A stretch of DNA of 64,000 nt, from positions 30,318,001 to 30,382,000 of the forward strand of contig CDPCPM010000106.1 in the NCBI GenBank assembly GCA_976551045.1, written 5' to 3'. The DNA is from Glaucostegus cemiculus (taxonomy: Eukaryota). The notes beneath the pieces are model-generated. The model was not told the origin of the DNA and searched no databases. It saw only the letters and a program-made list of their open reading frames with translations. The translations under genes and the position numbers were made by a program. This document shows positions 50,678-63,072 of the stretch, piece by piece. Positions within the stretch are counted from its first letter, which is position 1; each line of letters starts with the position of its first letter.

Positions 50678-51759
50678 TTCTTCTGATTTCCAACATCATT
50701 ACTACAAGTCTGAAGAAAGGGTTTTCATCTTTTAAAAAGCTTGAAAGTAACCACAATGTGATGAGGGTTTTATAAATTCAAGGCTTATTCCTGAATCAAT
50801 TCTGTATTACTGTTTACTGAGACATCATGATGCATTGCCACCCTTCCTTTTACTTTTCCTGAAAAACCTCTGCTTGATTATTATCATTTGTAACCATTGA
50901 GGGGAAGTCTCGGGCAAGTGCCCCTGGACCCAGACTTGAATTTGGTTTCATTTCCTAGCCCTAACATGGAATAAATTCCAGTTGTACCCGTGATACCTTT
51001 CTGGTGCACTGGTGGGTATTTGGAGTTCTCCAACCTCGAGTTGCAAGCAGTGCTTTGTGTCGGCATTTAGCCACTGCAATTCCAGGACATTCCTGAGTGG
51101 TCCACAGCCATTGAAATCCTTGCAGTGCAGTCAATGTTGTAATGCAGGTTGCATAGCAAGCTCCCATGAAGCAGTATGATAACCCAGAGATGAGATCTTT
51201 TGGTGACAAAGGGTCTTAACCTCTAACATCTGTTTCTCTCTCCACAGATTCAGTCTGTCCTGTTTTTGTTTTAAATTCTGTTTTGGTGATGTTGAATGAG
51301 GGCTAATACTGACCAGGACACTAGTCGATTACCCCCTGTTGACTAGTGTTCTAGTCAATACTACTAGGGGATAAATGGGAGCAATTTCAGTTTATTTTGT
51401 TTGTATTTCTGATTGTTTTAATGTCATTTTTAGGTTGTAGTATGTTGTATTTAAAGACTAGCCTCTAGAAATATTCCCTGTGAGTTGACCACCTTTTGGG
51501 AATTGTCCAGGGGTAAGTTATCAAGTCCAAGTGATGACTGTTGGACTTGGAATCATTTCAACCTCTGATTCTAATGTCACATGGGCAGGGTTCTGCCCTG
51601 GTGCGAGAGGGTGGCTAATGGTTTCCTCAGCCCAAGTCCAGCTCACTGAGGCTCCCCTGAATCCCTGTGTGGCACTGATTTTTTTTTTAAGGTTTGGGAA
51701 GAAAAGCCAATGTTTTGGGCAACATTTATCATGACTGGAAGGATTTGATATTAGATTTG

Positions 51760-52240
51760 TAGAGCATAGATACAGGCCCTTCAGCCCAACCAGCCCATGC
51801 TGACCATGGTGCCCACTGAGCTAGTCCCAATTTCCTGCATTTGGCCCATATCCCTCCAAGCCCCGTCCTTGCATGTACCTATCCAAGTGTTCCTTAAATA
51901 ATAGCATTTTACCTGCCTCACCCACTTCCTCTGGCAGCTTGTTCCATGTGCTCTTCACCCTCTGTGTGGAAAAAGTTGCCCCTCAAGTTCCTTTTAAATC
52001 TTCCCCCTCTTACCCTAAACCCTGCCCCCCAGTTTTGGACTCCCCTACTCTTGGGGGGGGGGGGGGAGAGACGGTTGCCATCCACATTTATCTATGCCCC
52101 TCATAATTTTAAACACTTCTGAGGATGCCACTCAGTCTCCTGTGTTCCAAGGAATAAAGACCTAGTCTGCACAGCCTCTCCCTATAACTCAGGCCCTCTA
52201 GTCCTGGAAACATCCTCAAATCTTTTGTGCTCTTTCCAGT
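51760..52240 (-). mobile_element. CR1 3' fragment
   Basis: ACAGGCCCTTCAGCCCAAC tail; ORF 52109-52303 has MFPGLEGLSYRERLCRLGLYSLEHRRL. Confidence 0.8.
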
Positions 52241-52997
52241 TATTGCATTGCTGTTTGTGGGACCTTGCTGTGCACAGTGACTACACTGCACCAATGATTC
52301 CACTCAAATTGGTCTTTGCCTGTTATGTACTTTCTCAAAGAGGTGAGGTGCTTAGAAATGCAAGTCTTTTGTAGGCTGTAATCAGTAATTCAGCATAGAT
52401 TGAGTATACTTTGATCTGCATCAGTGTGGTATTCTGATTTAAGTGGTTAAGTTTACTGTCTGTTTAATCAAAATTGCTCATTCGTTGAATTCTTAGTGCA
52501 GCCCCACTTCATTAAATCAAAACTACCTGTGGAATATTTGTTAACTCTAATAGAATGCAAAGGCAAGTTGGAACTGGTTTTCCGATGGCAGATAAGAAAG
52601 GCATGTCCCCTTGAATCCTGTAATGAACAGGAAGTCTGATGCATAACTGTGCAGAGTAATGGGGTGTGAACTGGTGAGCAATCTCTTGCCATTCAGGAAG
52701 TCTCAGTTTATGAGGGGCACTGGGATCTGATAGAATATGGTGCTTGACGTTAGAGTAGAATACTATCTTTGATGTTCTTAAATATGGCTGGAAGCCATTG
52801 GAAATGGTGAGTTCTGTGGTGCCGACATCTCTCTGTATTGTGCCTGTGTTCACGTATGGGAGCACGGAACAGTTTGTCTGTTGTAGCTGTGCTGAATTGT
52901 TAACTCTCCAGTTCTAACACGCTTAAGTCTTGAGCACTTGCATGATAAATGTTCTATTAACCAAAGTGAGCTTTTAACTGATCTGCTTTATTTTTAG

Positions 52998-53063
52998 GAT
53001 CGAAAAGTTAAAATACCTCGCCCAATTGGTCAGGGTCCAAGTTCCTTCATTCCAGTCAAAGAG
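52998..53063 (+). CDS. SESN2: Sestrin shared coding exon 2 (DRKVKIPRPIGQGPSSFIPVKE)
   Basis: tttatttttag acceptor, GAG|GTATGT donor, 66 nt phase 0-0; matches the sestrin motif IPRPLGQGPSxFIP. Confidence 0.95.
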
Positions 53064-53544
53064 GTATGTGAATTAAGTTTAACCTGAGTCATTAGTTTCA
53101 TTGAAGATAATTTTGTACAGATCCCTGCAATCAATTTATAAGTTTATTCTAATTTCCAGTCCTATCACACTGATGTTAAGAAATGAGACTGTCATTTATA
53201 CTTCCAAAAATGATGCAACTCAATAGTTGGATAGTTATGAAAGCAGAGTGGTTGGGCTACTGGTCCAGGAGGCAGTGGTCTGGATCATTGACATCAAAAT
53301 GAGTTCAATTCCTACCTTGGCAGTCAGGGAAAATTTAAATTAAAGGATAACTTACTGGAATTGAGAGAACCTTGGTAATTGATGTTTTAAAAATCCATCT
53401 GGTACACGAAAGGAACTCTGGCACCCTTCCCTGGTGGCCTGGATGTGATCTTTTTGACTCTTGGGGACAATTATGAATGAACAGTGAATGTTGGCGTCAC
53501 TAGTAACATCCACTTCCCACAAGCAAGAAAACAAATGGCTACAA

Positions 53545-53720
53545 ACGAGATGCTGGAGGAACTCGGGTCAGGCAACATCTGTGGGTGGAAATGGACAGTC
53601 AACATTTCAAGGCAAGACTCTTCATCTAATCTGGTCCATTTCCCTCCACAGATGCTGACTAACCTGCTGAGTTCCTCCGTTTTGTGTGTGGCTCCAGATT
53701 CCAGCATCTGCAGTCTCTCA
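53545..53720. mobile_element. Palindromic Penelope-derived mini-element
   Basis: Same inverted-arm structure as 41985-42190. Confidence 0.7.
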
Positions 53721-54959
53721 TGTCGCCCATAAAAACAGTTGATCAGCTTCAAGTTGCAATGTGAAACATTAAGATCAATTAACCTTGTTTAATTGTATCC
53801 TCATTTCAAAATTGAACAGAAATAACTTGAGGGTTACTCGGTCTGCTTCTTGCACAAGAATTGCATCATAGAGTTTGGCTAAACCAGTAAGGTGATTTTT
53901 TTTTTGCCTTCAAGAGCAGAGTCTTTGGTTTGTTTAGCCATTGTTCCCATGTTTTCCTATTAATGACAGAAAATTGTGGAATAATTATATCAGACAACCT
54001 CAGTGGTGAGAAACAGGCACTGCCTAACCACAATATTACCAACATTTATTTCAGATTTCCAATTGGTGTAGTATTTTGCTTGTTTTATTCCTATTTGCCA
54101 CTCGTCTAATCTCAAATGCTGACAGTCATCTGTCTTGATCACTAACTTTGGCTGTGCACCCACCAACCTGTGTCTATTGTGACTTGGCTATTTGAGGGTT
54201 ATTAAACATCAACGTCTGATTGTTCTAGAGTTGCAAGTAAGCCAGATCTGGAAAGGATGGTGGATTCTCTTCAAATGAGTTTTACAACAACGCTGTTTCT
54301 TGGTCACTCCAGATTTATTTTGTTGTATTAGACAGCTGGGGCAGTGAGACCTCTGAATCCATAGGTGTAGGGTTACTGAACCATGTACCCCTCTCAACAG
54401 TAAACTGTAAAGATCTCTGCCATTCCCTCACATGAGAGGGTCCTGCAAGACTCCAACGGGGCCCAATCAGTACTATGTGCCTACTCATTTACAGAGTTTC
54501 CCAAAATTAATGGGTTCAAGTACTTGAATATTAGAACGTTTTAAACTATGTTCATTTGTTAAAATGGGCTTCCAGTAAGGATTCCTGTACCTTTTAGAGG
54601 CTGCTAAAGAATCACAAACAATTTTATCAGATGTCAAGGCAGATGATGCTTCAGTATTTGTGAGCCACTCCAGATACTTGCTCCCCCCTATCAATCCCCA
54701 GTGTTTAAAATCTGAAATAACCCTAATTTGAGGTGATTGAGGTACAGGTTGTGACTGGTTTTGTTAAACCTATTTATTCTAGTGAGAGGGTTCAGGCATG
54801 AGTGGGAAATCCACAAGGTATAATTCTGATCTGGAAGTTGCTGCCCATAGGATAGTGGGATCAAGTCATCGGGGCTTTCAACAGGAAGTAGATCAGTGCC
54901 AACAGGGAATAATGTGCACATCTGTGGGGAAGGAATGGGGTTGTTCCACAAAGCAATAC

Positions 54960-55125
54960 AAGTTGCTGGAGGAACTCAGTGGGTAAGGCAGTATATCTGT
55001 GAAGGGAAACAGGCAATTGATGTTTTGGGTCGAGACCCTTCATCTGGACTAGAGGAAGCCCCTCAACTCAAAATATCAACTATCTATTCCCTCCACAGAT
55101 GCTACCTGACCCATTGAGTTCCTTT
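54960..55125. mobile_element. Palindromic Penelope-derived mini-element
   Basis: Same inverted-arm structure, with TTTTGGGTCGAGACCCTTCATC in the core. Confidence 0.7.
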
Positions 55126-57714
55126 GTAGAACACGAGATGAGAGAATGCAGCTATTGGAAATCTGGAGTAACACAAAGTACCAGCTCGATGACTACAATT
55201 CCAATTCTATATTTAACCAGTGGTTTTGTGCTTGACTGCCAATATTTCTCAGTTCTTTCTGGTTCATTCCTGTTTTTAAAGGGAAAAATCCTGACAACTG
55301 ACAAAAGCTTTCTGCTCCCTGTCTTTGAATTAATCACTGACTCAATCAAAAGATCTTGCACTCTGTCCTACAGCAGAGGATAGCAAGTAAACAAGTGATC
55401 TAATCGTGGTTCTGAATTGCATCAGCTGAGTACCTATTTACTGGTTACTCACCAATGCTCCCTAATGGAGTTCAAGTCTTGCTACTAGCATTGAATAAAA
55501 TATAGAAGCTGCTTATCTAAACACTTCTGACAGTTTGTGTTGCTTTGAGCTAATCTGGAAAGCCATAGGAAATATAAGAACAGTATAATTTTAAAGCAAA
55601 ATGCCATATCCTGTATGTCTCTTGTGAGTTTTGCTGATTATTGATTGCAGAAGGCACTTGCTCTGGTGCAGTTCAAAGAGATGTAGAACTTGGCCTGTTG
55701 CCCTGGGAGATGCTGGAGTTTGTGGGTCTAGGTTGTGGCTAGGGGTTTGTTGGTCTGCAGAGTGGGTTGTAGGGACCTAGTCCTTGGTTGAAACTACCTT
55801 TCTGCAGGTGTATCCACTTAATGCCCTGTGAGTGGCAGTGGTTTGTGGGATATTCAGGCATAGGGGCATTGCAGCCGTCTACCACACCAGGCCTGTTTGG
55901 GCAGTGTTGTTGCAGTCACAAGTAGCAGGTTATCTGACTGTGGGATCTCCCTATGCCTGCACTTCTGACATTCAGACACCAAGGGCATTTTTTGACTATA
56001 AGGTCCTGTGGGGTTTCTGAAAGGGATTTGAATAGTGCTATAGGAATTCAGTGGCTATACCAACTCAAGCCAGTGCTGGTACCTAGTGGAGCACAGACTG
56101 TGAATGGGTGAAGCTTCTCATCTCCTCGACACTTCTTTTTATCTGGCATCTGCACTGTTCAGTACTGTTTCCTATTAGAGCGGACCTTTGTTTAATTTCC
56201 TCACGGCAATGGTGCCAGTCTGCCTAGATCAATAAAACTGTCCTGTGCCATAATATGTATTGGTTTGTAGAGTAACGTAGAATTTTAAATGTGCATCTGT
56301 GTAATAATAATTGTTTGTGGAAGAAAACTTCTGCAACATCTTTCACATTTCTTCCAGATGGTCATCTTGCAGCCAGTTGAAGTTCTATTGAGGAATAGTT
56401 CCTCTTGTGATGTAGGAAACGGTGCACAGCAAGCTCCCACATAGTATGTGGAGTTGGGAGCTTGCAGATACTCCCCGTGACCTTGTGCGTTCTCCCAGAT
56501 GCTCCAGTTTCCTCCTCCCACATCCTATTCACATGGTTCATGTTCTGCAGCAGAACATGTACCCACAGCTGCTGTAAACTGCCCTGAGCTTGTTGGTGAG
56601 AGAACTGATGGACAAGTTGGTCAGAGGGAATATCTTGGGAATGGTATCGCTCTGTGACAGGCTAAATGATAGCAGCCTAGGTCATGAGAGTGTGCAATGT
56701 GATCATCTCTGGGTTGGGTTCAGAGGCACTGGGGCCAAATCCCCTCAGGAAGGTGCTCCAAGGTCTTTATCACTGAGCGATTGAGGTACCATCCTGTTCT
56801 TTTGGGAAAACTCTCCAGTACTGCAAGTCTTGCATTCAAATCACTGCAGTTTGTCCAAGTTTTCAGATTGTTGCTGCTCGCTTGTGCCAGAGCTTGTCGG
56901 TCACCTTGTTTACTGGAATTTAAGTTATTCCTGTGATTTATCAGCCTGCTATTACACATGGTTCAAGTTGCCTGAGGATTCTCTAATCTGGTCCCAATCA
57001 GATTTTGGTGCTAGACTGGTAGATTTTCCACATTGATGTCTCAATAAGAGTAATGTCCAACAATGCACTTTTAATTCACCTTGGATGTTGCACATTCTTT
57101 TCCCGTGAATCAGATGTGTTTAAAGTGAGTGTGGGAATGGGGTCTTGGTGAGATGGGTGCCAAATCTTCAGGATTTCCAAACAACGTAGTGGGTTATTGG
57201 GGTTTACTCTACTTTGAGTAGAATTGAAACCACAGTTGGGAAATTGTAAAAGCACCTGTGAGTGCAGAATGAGACTTAAGTAAAGGTATCATCCTGTTGC
57301 TACACAAGTTCAAGTGTATTGGTTTATTAATGTCACTTGTACTGAAGTACAGTGGAAAAACATGTCTTGCGAATAGCACGTACAGGTCAATTAATTTGTT
57401 ATCACAGGCACACATTCGTGGGACAAATACCATGAAAGTTAACTTTTCACAGCACAGTACAAGATGAGGGAAAACATGTTTGCCCAAACAAAAATTGTAC
57501 TTGTATTCAGTATTGCAGTCCTGGGTCAGCTGTTTAAATATGTTGCCTGGCCATCCAGGGTTACTGGGTTCAGATGCTAAGGGTTCAGGGTACTGCTCTG
57601 TCTAAGATCAATAGACCTGCTAAACAAATTGCTTCATGAAGCAATGAACTGCAGATGCTGGAAATGGGAAATACTGACCTGACCTGACGATTTTGCTAAG
57701 TTGGCTTATTGCAC

Positions 57715-58770
57715 GTACTAAGAAACAGTGGGAAAACTTTGTTTTACTTGCCACTCAGACAGATTTCATTACAACAGTGTATTGAGGTAGTAAAGGGGCG
57801 GGGAGAAAAATGAAAGTGCAGGCAGGCAAGCCATAATAACAAGACAAGGGAGCTGAAGTAGGCTATTTGGCCCATCGAGTCTGCTCCAAAGGGAAGGGAG
57901 GGTGGGGGGAAAAAAACTTGCTCTAACCCCAAATTCCAGCCTTATCTCCGTATCCCTTGATACCTTGACTAATTAGATAACTATCTATCTCCTTCTTAAA
58001 CACCTCCAATGAACTTGCCTCCACTGCTTTCTGTGGCAAGGAATTCCATAAATTCACCACCCTCTGGCTAAAGAAATTTCTCCTCATCTCTATTTTAAAC
58101 CTGTACCCTCTAATTCTAAGGTTGTGCCCTCTGGTCCTGGACTCCCCACCAAGGGAAACAACTTGGCCACAGCTGCACTGTCCAGTCCTTTCAACATTTT
58201 AAATGTTTCTATCAGGTCCCCTCTCATTCCTCTATACTCCAGTAACTACAGTCCAAGTGTAATGAGGTGGGTTGTGAGATCAAGAGTTCACCTTTATCGT
58301 ACTAGGGGCCCATTCAATAGTCTTCTAACAGTGGGATAGAAGCTGCCTTTTGAATCTGGTGGTATGTGTTTCAGGCCTTTGTATCTTCTGCCCAAAGGGA
58401 GAGGGGAGGAGAGAATGTTTAGGATGGGTGGGTTCTTTGATTATACTGGCTGCTTTACCAAGGCAGCAAGAAGTATAGCCAGAGTCCATGGAGGGGAGAC
58501 TGATTTCTGTGATGTGCTGGGCTGTGTTCACAACTCTCTGCAGTTTCTTGTGGTCATGGACAGAGCAGTTGCCATACCAAGCTGTGATGCATCCAGATAG
58601 GATGTTTTCTATGGTGCATTGATAAAAATTGAGTGTCAAAAGGGACGTGCCAAATTTCTTAGTCCTCCTGAGGAAGTAGAGGTGCTGGTGAGCTTTCTTG
58701 GCTGTGGCATCTATGGTTAGACCAAGATGGGATATTGGTAGTGATCATTCCTAGGAACTTGAAGCTCTTG
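57715..58770 (-). mobile_element. Rex1/Babar-like LINE 3' fragment, split by a CR1
   Basis: ORF 58325-58639: NFYQCTIENILSGCITAWYGNC...KKLQRVVNTAQHIT...SLPS, the typical C-terminal motif of this LINE group. Confidence 0.82.
57836..58259 (-). mobile_element. CR1 3' fragment of the same young family as 23546-27266, nested in a Rex1/Babar-like element
   Basis: Shares GGCCCATCGAGTCTGCTCCAAAGGGA(A)GGGAGGGTGGGG and the following ORF2 end with 23579-23990. Confidence 0.88.
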
Positions 58771-59441
58771 CACACACATCAGTACTGAGGTCACTGCCCC
58801 CTTTCAGAGTAGTTTTGTCACTTTATGTAAACATAACATTTTAAATGGTATACCTTAACATTTACAATTTTTTTACACATGCAATGGGTTAATTTGACTG
58901 CCTGAAGCTCACACTTGTTACTGTAAATGATTTGTTTTAATCATCTGCCTATGTGACCATTTTGTATTAGCAAAATGCCACAGATGCAGGGAGCACAAAA
59001 CCAGTCAGACAGCTTCTGTGGAAAGAGCTACAGACTTCTGGTGACGGGCTACCTTCTCTCCTGCACATTGCCTGGTATTTCTTGCATATTCTTTCTTGGT
59101 TCAAGATTTGGCAGGAACACAGTTGCAAGATTCTGATTTAGGATTGCTTTGTCATGTACACCAGGGTGCAATGAAATTCCTTGCATGTGTGAAACTAAGT
59201 AGCTCCAGTGAGTAAATACTGTGGTAGCTGGGTCATCGAGTATATTCAAGGCAAGTACAGATAGGTTTTCGGATTTAATGAGGGATATTGGGTTAGTTTA
59301 GAGAAATGAGGTAGAATATCAACTATCTTATCAAATGGCAGAGATTTTATGTTTTGACCTTTTATTTGCCTCTTGCAAGATTTTGAAAGCTATTTCAATT
59401 TTTTTTTGAAACCACACTGATTATTAGTATTCTGGTTACAG

Positions 59442-59639
59442 ATTCTACAGGAAGGTCTAGAAGATGCTGAAAGACAACTCTTTATTGAAGCCTTTGTCTC
59501 CACTGGCAGAGTGGACAATGTAACCATGGTGATGGGTTTGCACCCACAGTATCTTGAAAGCTTTTGGAAAACTCAGTACTATCTCCTGCAGATGGACGGT
59601 CCTCTGCCCTATCACTATAGACATTATATTGCTTTAATG
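59442..59639 (+). CDS. SESN2: Sestrin shared coding exon 3 ([66 protein letters not shown])
   Basis: ttacag acceptor, ATG|GTAAGT donor, 198 nt phase 0-0; GRVDN, MGLHP and SFW favour SESN2 over SESN1/3; DGPLPxxYRHYIAxM is a sestrin signature. Confidence 0.96.
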
Positions 59640-60139
59640 GTAAGTTGGTCTTGACCTTTACTGTCTTTGTCATACTTTAGAAAAGTGCACCAAATTGAGA
59701 GAAGAAAATATCACTTTTTCTCTAATATCTCTTGGACAGTTCAAAAGGCAGGCAGCGGTCAAATGGTAAACCAATACCAAATATATCATCAGATCTTGAG
59801 GTGCATGTAGGTCAGACCAGGCAAGGATGACAGACTTGCCTTCCTGAAGGAAATAACCCATCTGAGTTTTTAAATTTATCACCATTACTGACACTAGCTT
59901 AATTCCACATTTATTTGATGACTAGTTGAATTGGGGGCCAAGATGATGGTAATGGAAATATTAACACTTGTGCCCTTCTCTTTTGTACCAGTGGTTAAAT
60001 AACTTTCTCATTTAACTCAAGCTGCCATTTGAAAATCAAATGCAACTTTTAAATCTAATTGGTTTATTGTTACTTGTACCTAGAATTTTTTGCATGCCAT
60101 CCAGATAAAATTTCAAAACAGTAAGTGCATTGAGGTAGT

Positions 60140-61790
60140 AGTCATACAGCACAGATACAGGCCCTTCAGCACAGCCAGTTCATGGTGCCCACCCAGCTAG
60201 TCCCAATTTTCTGTTTGGCCCATATCCCTCTAAGCCCCACCCCTCCATGTACCTATCCAAGTGCTGCTTAAATAATACTGTTGTACCTGCCTCAACCACT
60301 CCCTCTGGCAGCTCAAGATCACAAGACAAGGGAGCAGAAGTAGGCCATTCAGCCAGATGTGGAAAGGCTGTTTCCCTTGGTGGGTGAGTCCAAGACTAGA
60401 GGGCACAGACTTAGAATCGGAGGGAACCAGTTTAAAACAGAGATGAGGAGAAATTACTTTAGTCAGAGGGTGGTGGAGTTGTGGAATTCTCTGCCACATA
60501 CAGCTGTAGAGGCTCTGTCAGTGGGGGCATTTAAAGGGGAGTTGGATAGGTACCTAATTAATCAAGGTATCAAGGGATATGGGGATAAGGCTGGAAGTTG
60601 GGGATAGATATGTTATCTTTTCTTTTCTCATGGAGCAAACTCTAAGCTCGTTCCATATACTGTCCATCCTCTGGGAGGGGAAGTTGCCCCTCAAGTCCCT
60701 TTTTAAATCTTTCACCCCAAATCTACATGCCTTAGTTTTAGACTCTCCTACCCTGGGGAAAAGAATGTTACCATCTACCTTATGCCCTTCATGATCTTAA
60801 ACTTTTATAAGATCACCCCTCATACCTACGTTCCAAGGAATAAAGACCCAGCCTGTCCAACCTCCCCCTATAACTCAGGCCCACTAGTCCTGGCAACATC
60901 CTCGTAAATCTTCTCTGCACTCTTTCCAGTTTAACCACGTCTTTCTTATAACAGGGTGACCAAAACTGTACACAGTACTCTAGGTGCGGCCTTGCCAACG
61001 ACTTGTACGATGACAACATACTGTCCCAACTCCTACTATACTCAATGTCCTGATTGAAAGCCAGCATGCTAAGTGCCTTTTTCACCACCCTGTCTACCTC
61101 TGACACCATTTTAACAAACTATGCACTTGTACTCCTAGGGCACTGTGTTCCATTACACTCCTTGCTGCCCTACCATTCATAGGTCAAGTCCTGCATTGAG
61201 GTGATGTATTTTGGAATGTCAAACCACACTTGTATGCATTTATATCCATTTGCCACTCCTCTGTCCACTTCCCCAATTAATCAAGATCCCCCTTTAATCC
61301 ATGATAACCACCTTCACTATCAGCAGCACCTAATTTCATGTCATCTGCAAACTCACTGATCAAGCCTTGTGCACGTGCACCCAAGTCACTTGCATAAATG
61401 AATAGCAAGGGTCCCAACACTGATTTCCCCTGCAGCACACCACTAGTCACTGACCTCCATTCAGAGAAACAACCTCCAACCACCAACCTCTGGTTACTAT
61501 CTCCTGAGCCAGTCTTTGAATCCCCCTAACTAGCTCTCTGGACTCTATGGGACCTAACCTTCAGCCTACCACGTGGGACCTTGTCGAAGGCCTTGCTAAA
61601 GTCCAAATAGACAACGTCCACTGCCCTCGCCTTGTCTGACTTTCTTTTGAAGAGCTAACCGAAAAAGGTAAAGGTTTGTCAAGCACAACTTTCCATGCAG
61701 AAAGCCATGTGGACTCTTAATCGGACTGTCTATCCAAGTGCTGGTAGATCCTATCCCTCCATTCCCTCCAGTAACTCCCCCACTACTGAC
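60140..61790 (-). mobile_element. CR1 LINE 3' portion (RT and tail), interrupted by a second CR1 insertion
   Basis: [53 protein letters not shown]...LERVQRRFTRMLPG; tail at about 60140. Confidence 0.9.
60315..60644 (-). mobile_element. Short CR1 insertion with inverted 5' segment
   Basis: Tail on the - strand at 60315-60354; the adjacent upstream CR1 segment (LFPLVGESKTRGH...IKGYGDKAG) on the + strand at 60355-60644; AGCTC duplicated at 60310-60314 and 60645-60649. Confidence 0.85.
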
Positions 61791-61794
61791 ATCA

Positions 61795-62470
61795 GAGTGC
61801 ATGAAAGGAAAAGCAATAGGAGAATAGCTAGTTACCGAAAGTGCAGTGGAGGTGGGCATTTGAGGTGCAACGGCCATGATGAGGTAGATTGAGAGCTAGA
61901 GTTTATCTTTCTCATTGAAGAGGTCCATTCAATAGTCTTATAACAGCGGATAGAAGCTGTCCTTGAGCCTGGTGGTACATCCTTTTGAGCTTTTGTATCT
62001 CCTGCCCAATTATATTGGCTGCTTTCCTGAAGTGGTGGGAAGTCAGTAGAGGGGTGGCTGGTTTTATTGATGGACTGAGCTGTATGTTGGGGGGGCTTTA
62101 TGAGAAGTTGTGTTAAAGATTCAGGTTTTGGATGACACAAGATTGGCACTACTTGAAGTGCTTATATTTAAAAACCAATTCCAAATGGAATTTGGAGGCC
62201 ATTCAGCCCTTCAAGCCTGCTCTGCCATTCAGACTGGGTGTGTTTACCTCATCACTTCAGATCAGGTTTATTATCACTGACTTGTATGCCATGGAATTTT
62301 TGCAGCAACAGTACAGTTCAAAGACAAAAGTATAAATTGCAAAATAGTGCAAAAAGAACAATGTGTTCATGGACTGTTCAGAAATCTGGTGGAGGGGAAG
62401 AAGCTGTTCCTGAATTGTTGAATGTGGGCCTTCAGGCTTCTGTACCTCCCTGATGGTAGTAAAGAGAAGA
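61795..62470 (-). mobile_element. Two short Rex1/Babar-like 3' fragments
   Basis: GATAGAAGCTGTCCTTGAGCCTGGTGGTAC near 61950 and GAAGCTGTTCCTGAATTGTTGAATGTGGGCCTTCAGGCTTCTGTACCTCC near 62400. Confidence 0.65.
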
Positions 62471-62714
62471 GGGTACTTTGGTGCACTAACCCCACATCTA
62501 TGGATTCCCATGATATTTCAAAATCTAGTGAATCTGATTTGTGCATTCAGGGTCACATCCAAAGAATGTTTTCCAGTATATCGGGATTTGCTTTTTAAAG
62601 ATGTTATAAACATTAGTTTGGAGTTGGGAGACACTTATGGTTGTTTTCAAAACAGGTGTTTTTTTGTTTTGCATCCAGCATAAAATGCATGCCTGACCTC
62701 ATGTCTTGTTGCAG

Positions 62715-62897
62715 GCTGCTGCCCGACATCAGTGCTCCTACCTTGTCAGCCTTCACATCAATGAATTCCTTCAAGTTGGTGGTAACCCTGAGTGGTTAAA
62801 TGGGTTAAATTTTGTACCTCAGAAAATGAAGAACCTCAATGAAATCAACAAAATCTTGGCCCACAGACCGTGGCTGATCACAAAAGAACACATTGAG
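62715..62897 (+). CDS. SESN2: Sestrin shared coding exon 4 ([10 protein letters not shown]...[14 protein letters not shown]) with the conserved AhpD-like redox cysteine
   Basis: ttgttgcag acceptor, GAG|GTAAGT donor, 183 nt; [10 protein letters not shown] and [17 protein letters not shown] are conserved in sestrins; Cys codon at 62733-62735 is equivalent to human SESN2 C125. Confidence 0.97.
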
Positions 62898-63072
62898 GTA
62901 AGTTGCTAGTGAAGTGCTCAATGGTGAATCACATTACTGTCACAGATGGATTAGGAAGTTGTGGGCATGCTGTATTGGCACCAGAAGTGTGGCAATACTT
63001 GCAGCTGCCCCAGAACACTATGCAAAAGATATATTTCACTATGTGTGTGTCAATGTACATGTGACCAAAGAT

